Source of the DNA: Verrucomicrobiia bacterium
Lineage (GTDB): Bacteria > Verrucomicrobiota > Verrucomicrobiia > Limisphaerales > UBA1319
Length of the DNA stretch: 64,000 nucleotides
Assembly (NCBI GenBank): GCA_963664225.1
Contig: OY760937.1
Coordinates: 3,264,001-3,328,000, forward strand
Direction: 5' to 3'
Both the position numbers and the translations under genes were made by a program. Shown piece by piece: positions 29,285-39,480 of the stretch; the stretch's first letter is position 1, and every line of letters begins with the position of its first letter. The notes under the pieces are model-generated. The model was not told the origin of the DNA. It saw only the letters and a program-made list of their open reading frames with translations, and made no database searches.

Positions 29285-31264
29285 ATGAACACTCCCCGGC
29301 GTAACCGCAAGCCCACATTCCTCTGGCAGGGGATGTTGATTGTGCTGCCAGCCCTGATGATGGCCGGTTTCGGGCTATGGTCGCTGCGTCAGGACCGCAT
29401 GCTCGCAAAGATGGAGGTGGTGGAGCAGGCGCAGAAGATCGCCAAAGACTTGGAGGGCATATACTTGCCAACGGCATTTCAGGTTGGAACCCCCTCGGAA
29501 AACACCAGGGAAGTGCATGGGGAACCGGCCATTGTCTGTCTGTTGAATTCCCAGGGGCAACTTCTCTATCCTGCTGAATGGAAAGACTTTCCAGCTCCAG
29601 AGCCGCTGCCGATGGAACAGTTGACCGAAAGCCAATCCGATTTATGGGCGGCAGCGCAGGAAGCCCTGTTTGCGTTAACGGATACCAATACCGTACTGAC
29701 ACAGGCGTTTCTGACGCGTGTGATGGACGAGGACTTCCCCGGTTCATTCCCCGCGCTGGCCGCCTATCAACGCGGTGTTTTATATCAATCCGCCGGAAAC
29801 GCGGCGGAGGCGCAACGTTGCTTTGAGTGGGTGGTCGCCTTCAACAAAATGGAGCGCCCGGTCAGCGAGGGCGGTCTGCCCTTGAAGGTTCAGGCGGGTC
29901 TGCGCCTGCTGCAAATGCCGGATTACGCCAATCCAAAGGCGGCAAAAACCCGCACCCTGATCGCCTTGATCGCGAACGAGGCCATCCGCCATCCCACGAC
30001 GTTGTCCGCCGGATGGCTTGCGGCGCTGCCTGAGAATGAGCCCTGGATGGAACTCTGGCAGGATCAGGAGAGCGGACGCCTGCTGGCGGAGCATTGGCGG
30101 CTCTGGGAGGCGGAATGGAATTTCCACACCAATGAGCCATCCCGGAAAACGGCGTTTAAAATGGCCTGGCATTGGCTGCCGCTGTCTGGAGACCGGGAAC
30201 TGCTCGTCATGCCCTCGCAGACGGATGGCGGTGTGGCGTGTGTGGCCATCACGGATGAAAGCGCGGCGCGCATCGTTCTGGAGTCCGTGCGCTCGCTGCA
30301 AACCCCCGCTTATTTTGGCCTGCAGATCGATGTGGCTGGAAAATCGTTGCTTTCTGTAACGAACGATTCCCCCGTGATTGCGGATTCCTCGTTGGGTCAG
30401 GCCGCCTCCGCTTTCCGCGTCCAGGTGCGCCTGGTGGATCCCGATGCCTTTTACTCCCGGCAACGCACGCGCACCCTCTGGATGGGGGCGCTGATCGGGC
30501 TTTCCATGGCGGCGGTGCTGGTCGGATTTGCCACCGCGTGGCGGGCCTTCCGGCGTCAGCAGCAGTTGAGCGAGATGAAGACCAATTTCGTTTCCAGCGT
30601 CTCCCACGAATTGCGCGCGCCCATCGCCTCGGTGCGTCTCATGGCCGAGGAGTTGACGCATCAGGACCGTCCGGACCCGGCCAAAGTGCGGGAATACCAC
30701 AATTTCATCTCGCAGGAATGCCGGCGCCTCTCAGGCCTGATCGAGAACGTCCTCGATTTCTCCCGTCACGAACAGGGACGCAAGGAATACACGTTTGAAT
30801 CCACCGACCTGGAGGCCTTGCTCACGGAGACCTCGAAGCTGATGCAGTCCTACGCCTCCGCAAAAAACATCACCATCCGCCCCGTGGTTCAGGGCACGCC
30901 CGAACCCTTCGAGGCCGATGGCCGCGCGCTCCAGCAGGTGCTCGTGAACCTGATCGACAACGCGATCAAGCATTCGCCGCAGGACGCCGAGGTGGAGGCG
31001 GGTGTTGGCTTCGAGGCCCGTCAGGTTTCGCTTTGGGTGGAAGACCACGGCGAGGGCATTCCGCCCGGCGAGCAGCAACGTATTTTCGAGCGCTTCTACC
31101 GTCGCGGCAGCGAACTACGCCGCGAAACCCAGGGGGTCGGCCTCGGCCTGGCCATCGTGAAAAACGTAGTCGAGGCGCACAACGGTTCCGTGACGGTTCG
31201 CAGCGCCCTGGGCAAGGGCAGCCGCTTCACCGTCACGCTCCCCATTCACAATCACGCATCATGA
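29285..31264 (+). CDS. Membrane sensor histidine kinase
   Basis: Two TM helices, SHELRAP, NLIDNAIK, DHGEGI, GVGLGL. Confidence 0.95.
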   Translation: MNTPRRNRKPTFLWQGMLIVLPALMMAGFGLWSLRQDRMLAKMEVVEQAQKIAKDLEGIYLPTAFQVGTPSENTREVHGEPAIVCLLNSQGQLLYPAEWKDFPAPEPLPMEQLTESQSDLWAAAQEALFALTDTNTVLTQAFLTRVMDEDFPGSFPALAAYQRGVLYQSAGNAAEAQRCFEWVVAFNKMERPVSEGGLPLKVQAGLRLLQMPDYANPKAAKTRTLIALIANEAIRHPTTLSAGWLAALPENEPWMELWQDQESGRLLAEHWRLWEAEWNFHTNEPSRKTAFKMAWHWLPLSGDRELLVMPSQTDGGVACVAITDESAARIVLESVRSLQTPAYFGLQIDVAGKSLLSVTNDSPVIADSSLGQAASAFRVQVRLVDPDAFYSRQRTRTLWMGALIGLSMAAVLVGFATAWRAFRRQQQLSEMKTNFVSSVSHELRAPIASVRLMAEELTHQDRPDPAKVREYHNFISQECRRLSGLIENVLDFSRHEQGRKEYTFESTDLEALLTETSKLMQSYASAKNITIRPVVQGTPEPFEADGRALQQVLVNLIDNAIKHSPQDAEVEAGVGFEARQVSLWVEDHGEGIPPGEQQRIFERFYRRGSELRRETQGVGLGLAIVKNVVEAHNGSVTVRSALGKGSRFTVTLPIHNHAS

Positions 31265-32052
31265 ACACTTCCGCCCGAATACTCGTTGTCGAGGACGAAT
31301 TGCCCATGCGCACCGCCCTGCGCGATTGCCTGGAAGGGCAGGGTCACCGCGTGTTGCTGGCCGCCGATGGCGAAACCGGCCTCGACAAGGCCATCCACGA
31401 AAAGCCCGATCTCGTCGTGCTGGACATCATGATGCCCAGGCTGGACGGCTTTGCCCTGTGCGCCGAGCTGCGCCGCCTGGCCCTGTCCACGCCCGTGCTC
31501 ATGCTCACCGCCAAGGACCGCGTGGAGGATCGGGTCAGCGGCCTGGACGCCGGGGCGGACGATTACCTGGCCAAGCCCTTCAGCCGCGACGAATTCCTGG
31601 CCCGCGTGCGCGCCCTGTTGCGTCGCGCGCAGCGTCAGGCCCAGTCGGCTCGCACGCTGGAACTGGGGACGGTGCGCATCGATTTCGTCCGTCAGCAGGC
31701 CACCAAGAACGGCGCTCTGCTGCATCTGACCGCGCGCGAGTTCGCCATGCTCCGGCTCCTGGCGGAGGCTCCCGGCGAGCCGGTGTCGCGCGACCGTTTT
31801 CTGGACGCGGTCTGGGGTTACACCGCATTCCCCACCACGCGCACGGTGGATAAACACATGGCCGGATTGCGCGCGAAAATCGAGGACGACTCCGAGAATC
31901 CCCGCTGGCTGAAGACGGTTCACGCCGTGGGCTACCGCCTCGATTGCGCGCCCGCTGAGTCAGCGCCCAACCCCGCTCAAAACAACCCGTCCGAAGTTAC
32001 AAAACAGTCACAATCCACCGGAGGCGATGGCGCAGAATGCACGCGGCACTAG
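31261..32052 (+). CDS. OmpR-family response regulator
   Basis: VVEDE, LDIMMP, DDYLAKPF, wHTH RTVDKH...VGYR; ATGA overlap with the kinase. Confidence 0.96.
   Translation: MNTSARILVVEDELPMRTALRDCLEGQGHRVLLAADGETGLDKAIHEKPDLVVLDIMMPRLDGFALCAELRRLALSTPVLMLTAKDRVEDRVSGLDAGADDYLAKPFSRDEFLARVRALLRRAQRQAQSARTLELGTVRIDFVRQQATKNGALLHLTAREFAMLRLLAEAPGEPVSRDRFLDAVWGYTAFPTTRTVDKHMAGLRAKIEDDSENPRWLKTVHAVGYRLDCAPAESAPNPAQNNPSEVTKQSQSTGGDGAECTRH
31996..32018 (+). promoter_or_regulatory. Second copy of the putative response-regulator site
   Basis: gttacaaaacagtcacaatccac, ~70 bp upstream of the 32087 ATG. Confidence 0.6.
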
Positions 32053-32086
32053 AGATGGTGCCTGAACTCTTAAAAAAACTTGGACC

Positions 32087-33682
32087 ATGAAAACGAAATC
32101 GATTCTCTTAACGGCCGCCTCCGTGCTGGCCTCCGCCTCGCTGGCCTGGGCGCAGGATAACACCCCCGCGCCTGAAGCCCCCGCCGCTCCGGCGGCAGTG
32201 GCGCCCGCCTTACCACCTCCCTCCACTCCACCCGTTGCGCCTGTGCCAGCGGTTGCGCCGAATCCGCCCACACCCGCAGCCCCAGGCGCGGGCGTGCGCA
32301 TGGGCGGCGGCGGTGGAATAAGCAGCGGCTCCTCTGCGGGCATCGCCGGTGGTGGTGGCGGCGGATTGACCATTCGCTCTTCCACAGGCGGCGGCGGTGG
32401 AACCATAAAAGTAACTCGCGACGGAGTCATCCTCACTCGACCGACTAATGGACCCGATACCACCGTCGATGTGGTCACGTCCTCCACGCAGGATCTCGTT
32501 GACGAAGCGTCGGAACCGTCGGAGGTCAACACGGGCATGATGGAGGAGGAAGGGCAGTTGAATCTGGACGCGGCCATCAAGCGCTATCAGCAAACCATCT
32601 CAAAGTTTGACAGCCGCCGGTCCGCCACCGCCCAGGCCGTCTTCCGCCTCGGCGAATGCTACCGCAAGATGGGCCGCATGGAGGAGGCGAAAGTCCAATA
32701 CGCCCGGATTCTGCGCGAGTTTCCGGATCAGGAGTCGCTAGTCAAATCCAGCCAGGCCTATCTCTTCGGCAATGCCAACCGCAATTTCAATACGCGGCTG
32801 GAGAAGATCGTCAAACGTCGCGAACCAACGGTGACGAGAAAGGGATCCACCTTCACCACCACCGAGCGATCCGTCTCTTCCGCAGGAGTGTCCCCGGAGC
32901 ATTACGGCGAAGCAGCCTCAGCGGACGCCCTGCAAAACAACTACGATCAGGAACTGGCGCTGATGCAAAAGCAGATCGCCGAGGCGCAACAGAAATTCAA
33001 ACAGGGAGCCGGCACACAAACAGAGGTGGACAATCTGCAGCGCGAACTGCTGAGACTCCAACGCGAGAAACTGGTGGCGGATGCGGGGCAGCGGAACTTA
33101 GTCACCATGGATCCCACCACGGACCTGCCGGTCGTCACCTCCGCAGCCGATGCAAAGGCGCAAAGCGACTTGGAATTGATTCGCCGGGAATTGGCCAAGG
33201 CGGAGCTGGAATCATTGCTCAAGGAACGTGAGGCTGATGAAGCCACTGCCAAAGTAGACGCCGTGAATCGCAAGCTGGACAAACCAGAACTGCTGGCTTC
33301 GGTGCTTGGCACAGATCCGCTTTACATGAAGCTTAAGGGCGAATACGAAACGGCGAGCCTTAATGCACTCGGTGGGAATGTGGTTGGCGACGAGTCAAAC
33401 CGGGTCGAACTGACAAGGAAACGCCTGGCCTACTACGTTTCTGATATTTGCCTGCCCCAACTGGTCGAAATGAAGGAATATGCCCGGCGCAAGGCGGTAT
33501 TCTCCAATGATATTGCCATTACAATGAAGAAGCACCTCAATGAAATGGAATCGGCTCAGGACCCCTTTAAACACGCGCCCAGCGCAATGCCGAAGGTGGA
33601 ACACGCGCCTGCGGTCGAGCACTCACCTGACGCCGCGCCCAAGTCACCCACACCGTCTCCCGCACCCGGCGAGACGCATTAA
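32087..33682 (+). CDS. Secreted protein with TPR and coiled-coil regions
   Basis: Signal peptide, P/A- and G-rich N-terminus, TPR (AVFRLGECYRKMG...YARILREFP). Confidence 0.8.
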   Translation: MKTKSILLTAASVLASASLAWAQDNTPAPEAPAAPAAVAPALPPPSTPPVAPVPAVAPNPPTPAAPGAGVRMGGGGGISSGSSAGIAGGGGGGLTIRSSTGGGGGTIKVTRDGVILTRPTNGPDTTVDVVTSSTQDLVDEASEPSEVNTGMMEEEGQLNLDAAIKRYQQTISKFDSRRSATAQAVFRLGECYRKMGRMEEAKVQYARILREFPDQESLVKSSQAYLFGNANRNFNTRLEKIVKRREPTVTRKGSTFTTTERSVSSAGVSPEHYGEAASADALQNNYDQELALMQKQIAEAQQKFKQGAGTQTEVDNLQRELLRLQREKLVADAGQRNLVTMDPTTDLPVVTSAADAKAQSDLELIRRELAKAELESLLKEREADEATAKVDAVNRKLDKPELLASVLGTDPLYMKLKGEYETASLNALGGNVVGDESNRVELTRKRLAYYVSDICLPQLVEMKEYARRKAVFSNDIAITMKKHLNEMESAQDPFKHAPSAMPKVEHAPAVEHSPDAAPKSPTPSPAPGETH

Positions 33683-33724
33683 TCCATCCCGCGCACGCGC
33701 CGCAAATCTGTAGCGGCGCTAATA

Positions 33725-33765
33725 ATTAGCCGGGGGTTCGGACGTCCGCGACCGACACCCCCGGA
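33725..33765 (+). repeat. Orphan copy of the tnpA right-end hairpin
   Basis: 37/41 identical to the reverse complement of 546-586. Confidence 0.85.
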
Positions 33766-33768
33766 AAC

Positions 33769-34610
33769 CTTTTCCCCATCCATGTAAAATCCTGCCCCCG
33801 GCCAACCCCGCGCGGCGGCACCTTCCCAACCACCCAATCGTTCCAGAACCACCCAACACTCCCTCTCCGTCGCCAGATGGAGGGCCGGGGTGAGGCTCTC
33901 CTTTTCCTTCACTGAACCGGGCGTTTGTTAGTTATGTTCGATCCCTCCGTTCGCCAACCCCGCGCGGCGGCACCTTCCCAACCACCCAATCGCTCCAGAA
34001 CCATCCAACACTCCTCCCTCTCCGTCGCCAGATGGAGGGACGGGGTGAGGCTCTCCTTTTCCTTCACTGAACCGAGCGTTTGTTAGTTATGTTCGATCCC
34101 TCCGTTCGCCAACCCCGCGCGGCGGCACCTTCCCAACCACCCAATTGTTCCAGAACCACTCAACACTCCTCCCTCTCCGTCGCCAGATGGAGAGGGTCGG
34201 GGTGAGGCTCTCCTTTTAAATATCGCATATTAGGTCCATAATTAATTGTCAATTGTCCATCGTCAATTATCCATTCTTCCCTTTTCCCCATCCATGTAAA
34301 ATCCTGCCCCCGGCCAACCCCGCGCGGCGGCAACTTCCCAACCACCCAATCATTCCAGAACCACCCAACACTCCCTCTCCGTCGCCAGATGGAGGGCCGG
34401 GGTGAGGCTCTCCTTTTACATATCGCATATTATGTAAATCATTAATTGTCAATTGTCCATCGTCAATTATCCATTCTTCCATTTTCCCCATCCTCCCCAT
34501 CCTGTGAATCCTGTCCCCCTTCCCGTCCCCGTCATTCCCCCCGTGCCTCAGTGGTCGTCTTCCAACCCCCATCCTCTTTATCCTGAGTATCCATGTTAAT
34601 ATTGCCCCCT
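33769..34610. repeat. Four copies of a ~105-bp core with two alternative linker modules
   Basis: gccaaccccgcgcggcggca...ccctctccgtcgccagatggaggg...ggggtgaggctctcctttt at ~33801, 33953, 34108, 34313. Confidence 0.92.
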
Positions 34611-34683
34611 TTTCCCGACGCGCTCCCTCAACTTGCTTGCTTTTGAAAACATCGCAACGCACTCTGGCAACCGAATAACTCCT

Positions 34684-37131
34684 ATGATCGCAGGCGCATT
34701 AATTAAACGAATCCGGCAAACGTATGCCAGGCAAGACTATGCCACGTCTCTTTTCCCAATCCATACTCACGGGTTGTCGCGGAGGATCGCATCGTTCCAG
34801 ATCTTATGGTGCCTAATGATGGCCGGGTTGCCGGGCGGATTCGCGGCCGATTTGCAGGGCACGATCACTAATGGCGGTTTTGAGCAGGGGCTTGACGGAT
34901 GGCGGGCTTTTTGGTCGCGCGCGAAAAATGCGGGCGGGGCCTACAGCGACACCACGATTTTCCATTCTGGCAAGGCGGCCGTGCGGATCGAGCACAATGG
35001 CGGCCAGGATTGGAGTTTCGAGCCCGTCGCGCGGTTCGACGTCCAGCCCGGCGACCTCTTCGAATTCGATGGCTGGTTTAAGCTCGCGGGGCAGGGGAGC
35101 GTCACCTTGGGCGTCTCGACCTGGGACAAGAACGGGCAGGTGATCGATTGGTCTTATGGCGGGAAAACGCTGCGCGAGGGCGCCGAGTGGCAGCACGGGC
35201 GCGCGCGATTCGTCATTCCGGCCGGGGTGGCGCAGATTCAGCCGCGCCTGATCGGTTACGGCCCGGGCACCAACTGGGTGGACGATCTTGCCCTGGTAAA
35301 AAAGGCCAATGTCATGGCGGCCCGGCGCACGGATTTGCCTCCCGCGCTTTCCCTGGAGAATTCAAAATTGTCCGTTCAGGTGGACACGCGGGAAGGCACG
35401 CTGGCGGTTTTGGACAAGCGCACGGGGCGCACATGGAAACAACAGGCGCTCTCGCCCGATATCCAGGTGCAGGATGCCAGGACCGAGGCGGGCTGCATCC
35501 GGCTCAACCTCCTGCACGTCCCCCTGGGAATCGATCTGGTGGCGCGCCTCCGGATCGATGCGGAACTGCCCGAGGTCACCTGCGAACACTCCGGCCAGGG
35601 CGAACTGCCGGAGGCGTTGAAGTATCCCCATCCTTTTGTGACGTTTCCCGGCGATGATTTGATCATCCCGATGAATGAAGGCATCTCCTACCCGGTCGAT
35701 GACAAAAGCATCGACCCCTTCCGCCTTGTGGCTTATGGCGGGCACGGGATCTGCATGGCTTTCTGGGGCGTGGTGAACGGGGCTGCGGGCCAGATGGCGA
35801 TCATTGAAAGTCCCGATGACGCGGCGATCAAGCTCAGCCGCATTGACGGCCGCCTCGTGGTCGCCCCCGAGTGGGATCCGCAAAAGCGGCAGATCGGGTC
35901 CGCGCGCCGCTTGCGCTACGTGTTTTGCGATCAGGGCGGTTATGTGGCCATGGCCAAACGCTATCGCGCCTATGCCCAGAAGACGGGCCTATTCAAAACC
36001 CTGGCCGAGAAACGTCAGGCAAACCCGAACATCGATTTGCTGGTGGGTGCGGTGAATGTTTGGTGCTGGGATGGAAACGCCGTGTCCCTGGTCAAAGAAC
36101 TTCAGGCCTCAGGCATCGCCCGTATTTTATGGAGCAATGCCCAATCGCCGGAAAATCTGCGCGCCTTGAATGACTTGGGCGTTTTGACCAGTCGTTATGA
36201 TATTTACCAGGATGTCATGGATCCCGCCAATTTCCCGCGCCTGCGCTTCTTGCATCCGGATTGGACCACCGCCGCCTGGCCCAAGGATATCATCACCGGT
36301 GAGGACGGTCACTGGATCAAGGGATGGGGCGTGGAAACCAAGGACGGAGGCATGGTCAGTTGCGGAGTCATTTGCGACCAGCGCGCCCCGGATTATGCCC
36401 GGGAACGGATTCCGGCGGAACTGGCCACGCATCCTTACCGCTGCCGGTTCATTGACACCACCACCGCCGCCCCCTGGAACGAATGCTATGATGCCCGCCA
36501 TCCCATGACACGCACCGACAGCAAGAAATACAAAATGGACCTCCTCAAATACGTGAGCCAGGACTGCCGACAGGTCACCGGGTGCGAGACCGGCCACGAT
36601 GCCGCCGTGCCGTTTGTCGATTATTTCGAAGGCATGATGAGCCTCGGGCCCTACCGCGTCCCCGATTCCGGGCGGCGCATGAGCCAGATATGGACCAATG
36701 TCCCGGAGTTGGTCGCGAAGTTTCAACTCGGTCACAGCTATCGCCTGCCGCTCTGGGAATTGGTTTACCATGACTGCGTCGTGGCCCAATGGTATTGGGG
36801 CGATTACAACAACAAGCTGCCCTCGCTTTGGGACAAACGGGACCTGTTCAACGTTCTTTATGGAGTGCCGCCCATGTTCATGTTCGACCGCAAACTGTGG
36901 GAGACGGAAAAAGCCCGCTTCATCCAGAGCTACACCAACACCTGTCCCCATGTGCGCCAGGTGGGATATCAGGAAATGACCAGCCATCGCTACCTGACGC
37001 CCGATCGTGCGGTGCAGCAAACCGTCTTTGCCAACGGCGTCACCGTCACCGTGAATTTTGGCGCCCAGCCCTTTTCATTGAACGATCGCGTTTCAATCCC
37101 CCCGCTCGGCTACAATGTGACGCAGCCCTGA
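34684..37131 (+). CDS. Putative glycoside hydrolase with CBM4/9-like N-domain (GH129/GH101-like fold inferred)
   Basis: NGGFE...WVDDL CBM pattern; FIDTT, LPLWELVYHD, VQQTVFANG; true start uncertain. Confidence 0.7.
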   Translation: MIAGALIKRIRQTYARQDYATSLFPIHTHGLSRRIASFQILWCLMMAGLPGGFAADLQGTITNGGFEQGLDGWRAFWSRAKNAGGAYSDTTIFHSGKAAVRIEHNGGQDWSFEPVARFDVQPGDLFEFDGWFKLAGQGSVTLGVSTWDKNGQVIDWSYGGKTLREGAEWQHGRARFVIPAGVAQIQPRLIGYGPGTNWVDDLALVKKANVMAARRTDLPPALSLENSKLSVQVDTREGTLAVLDKRTGRTWKQQALSPDIQVQDARTEAGCIRLNLLHVPLGIDLVARLRIDAELPEVTCEHSGQGELPEALKYPHPFVTFPGDDLIIPMNEGISYPVDDKSIDPFRLVAYGGHGICMAFWGVVNGAAGQMAIIESPDDAAIKLSRIDGRLVVAPEWDPQKRQIGSARRLRYVFCDQGGYVAMAKRYRAYAQKTGLFKTLAEKRQANPNIDLLVGAVNVWCWDGNAVSLVKELQASGIARILWSNAQSPENLRALNDLGVLTSRYDIYQDVMDPANFPRLRFLHPDWTTAAWPKDIITGEDGHWIKGWGVETKDGGMVSCGVICDQRAPDYARERIPAELATHPYRCRFIDTTTAAPWNECYDARHPMTRTDSKKYKMDLLKYVSQDCRQVTGCETGHDAAVPFVDYFEGMMSLGPYRVPDSGRRMSQIWTNVPELVAKFQLGHSYRLPLWELVYHDCVVAQWYWGDYNNKLPSLWDKRDLFNVLYGVPPMFMFDRKLWETEKARFIQSYTNTCPHVRQVGYQEMTSHRYLTPDRAVQQTVFANGVTVTVNFGAQPFSLNDRVSIPPLGYNVTQP

Positions 37132-37169
37132 CGCACCGCGCCCGGATCGAATTCCATTTGGAGATCCGG

Positions 37170-38000
37170 GCGCAGCCATTCTTGGCGCATCCTGGTGGTA
37201 GGCGTGCAGTCCTCTGCGCGTCCATACCGCAACGCGTAGCGCAGACATCCTGTCTGCCGTATCGCAGATATCCAATCTGCAGGCGCTGGATTGCACGAGC
37301 GAAGGCCAATCTCCACAGAAATCGAACAACCCCAAGAATTAAGTTCCAGCCAGGTGACCGCGCCGCCTGTCAGTTTGCGATCGACGTGACGTTTGTGGTA
37401 GGGCGTGCAGTCCTCTGCGCGCCGCCCGTCCACCCCGTGCAGCCGCATGTGACGAATCGCCCAATCGTTCCTGCTCCCACGCGTCCATAATTAAAAAACG
37501 TCTAAACACGCCTATTGACCCTTTCGCCCCAATCAACCACTGGCACGAGCGGGGAGAGAACACAAGAGAGGGGCTTGTTTATTGGTCCCGCCCGGCGTTG
37601 CCCTTCCTTCCCTGACGTTATCAGCCATTCCCGGCCGTATCCTGGTGGTAGGGCGTGCAGTCCTCTGCGCGCCGCCCGTCCACCCCACGCGGCCGCATGT
37701 GACGAATCGCCCAATCGTTCCTGCGATCCACCCTGCTACTCCTTCTCCTGGGGCCGGGGTGAGGTGGCTTTTCGTATCCCGTCCACTCTGATTCCCCGTG
37801 CTCTCCGCGCTTGTTTCCATCCCTCCCAATGCTCCGTCCGATATACTCCCTGCTTCCATACGTCCATGATTAAAAAACGTCCGAAACATGCCAATTGACC
37901 CTCTCGCCCCAATCAACCTCTGGCACGAGCAAGAGAACACAAGAGAGCGGTATGCTTATTGTTCCAATCCCGTCCATCATTATTATCCATGTTAATATAT
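37170..38000. repeat. Composite repeat block: three GTAG-REPs and two M2 modules
   Basis: gtagggcgtgcagtcctctgcgcgcc-type copies at 37198, 37398, 37648; M2 (ccacgcgtccataa...gagaacacaagagag) at 37476 and 37856. Confidence 0.88.
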
Positions 38001-38124
38001 TCCTTTTTCTCTTTCTTTGCGAGGCTGCCCCGTTCTGGTTGGCGGATAAACAGTGGAATCCAAACAAATAGTGTATGGTTAAGGGTCGCACCCTTTATAT
38101 GCGCAACCATTATGGAGGCACACC

Positions 38125-38742
38125 GTGAGGCTTAACTGGCTGGGTCGGGCAATGATGAACAATGCTCTCCGCTCTCTGGGCCAGCACTACGCCGCCTCCT
38201 GGCTCGAACAACTCGGCGGTCGGGTCGAGGGCGGGCGCGCGCTCGAAGTGGGATGTGGCCGCGGGGTCGGTGTGAGGATTATCCTTGATCGGTTCAACGC
38301 CGCGTCAGTCGCAGCGATCGATCTCGACCCGAGGATGATTGAGCATGCCCGGCGCCGTCTCGCGTCTTACGGGTTGGATCGCGTGCAACTGAGCGTGGGA
38401 GACGTTACTTCCATCAAGGCCGGTGATGCGACGTTCGATGCAGTGTTCGACTTTGGAGCGATACATCTGGAGCCGGATTGGCGCAAAGCCCTGTCAGAGG
38501 TCCGTCGGGTTCTCAATCCGGGCGGCAAGTTCTTTTTTGAGTGGGTCACAAGCAGCGCCCTCCGACTGCCGTATCCCCTCGTTACCGAAGCCTTCGGCCG
38601 GATGGAACCGCCCGATCCGCATCTCCTGATGCACGAGCTCGAACGGCAGGGAATCATGGTTGGACAGAGCTTTGTCCGCCCAAGACTGGCGGCTCTCACC
38701 GGCTTTGTAGGTGATCTGATTGGCGTGGGTATGGTGGCATAG
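38125..38742 (+). CDS. Class I SAM-dependent methyltransferase
   Basis: LEVGCGRG, IDLD, FDAV, VLNPGG; GGAGG RBS before the GTG start. Confidence 0.92.
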   Translation: MRLNWLGRAMMNNALRSLGQHYAASWLEQLGGRVEGGRALEVGCGRGVGVRIILDRFNAASVAAIDLDPRMIEHARRRLASYGLDRVQLSVGDVTSIKAGDATFDAVFDFGAIHLEPDWRKALSEVRRVLNPGGKFFFEWVTSSALRLPYPLVTEAFGRMEPPDPHLLMHELERQGIMVGQSFVRPRLAALTGFVGDLIGVGMVA

Positions 38743-38789
38743 TCAACGAAAGGTTCACTATTCTGATCCAAATCGAATGAGCCACACGC

Positions 38790-39330
38790 TGAATAAACCG
38801 CCGGACCCAACCGCCGATGGCGCTGTCTTCCTTGCCTGGCGTATTCATCCATTCCCGGGCGCATCCTGGTGGTAGGGCGTGCAGTCCTCTGCGCGCCGCC
38901 TTCCTCCACACCCTTCTTTATCCCGAAGGGATTAAATCACTCAGCCCCGGGTTGTCCGCCGAGGACTACCCGGGGTCCTCGTCCCTCAGAGCCCCCAACG
39001 CTGTAGGCGTTGAATCAAATCCCACCCCCGACGCGCTTCAAATCAATCCTTTGGACCGTGAAATATCTGTTAGGTCACCACACTTCGTGCGCTCCACCCT
39101 CGACACTTCTTTTTCTCCACGCGTCCATAAACTAACAACTCGCGAAACACGCCTATTGACCCTCTCGCCCTGCGAGGCACGAGCGGGGAGAGAACACAAG
39201 AGAGGGGCTTGTTTATTGTTCCACATCCTGTTAATCCTGACCATCCATGTTAATTTATTCCCCCTTCCCGTCCCCGTCTTTTCATCCTTCTGTCAATTGT
39301 CCATTTTCCCGGTGCCTCCGTTGTGAGCTT
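38790..39330. repeat. Composite repeat block (REP, IS200-end-like hairpins, M2, ATCCATGTTAAT module)
   Basis: REP at 38872; 38920-39016 is repeated at 41415-41512; M2 39117-39222 is repeated at 43186-43291. Confidence 0.88.
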
Positions 39331-39480
39331 GTTCTGGTCGTTTTTTCATGTCCTTCATTCCCAGTAAATTCTGGACACAATTCGGCTAATGGCCCAATCT
39401 CCTGTCGATCAAACGAATTTACCAATCATGTGAAAAACTGTTTTGGAATGAATCCATAAATCTCAAACCCCTCATTTCCA

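Noticed and set aside
33769..34610. CRISPR-like repeat-spacer array
   Set aside because: The ~105-bp core is too long and the 'spacers' are duplicated.
37046..38110. Cluster of short ORFs in repeat blocks (also 38817-39459, 43032-43601, 33679-34662)
   Set aside because: They consist of translated REP modules (e.g. recurring GRACSPLRAA); likely spurious.
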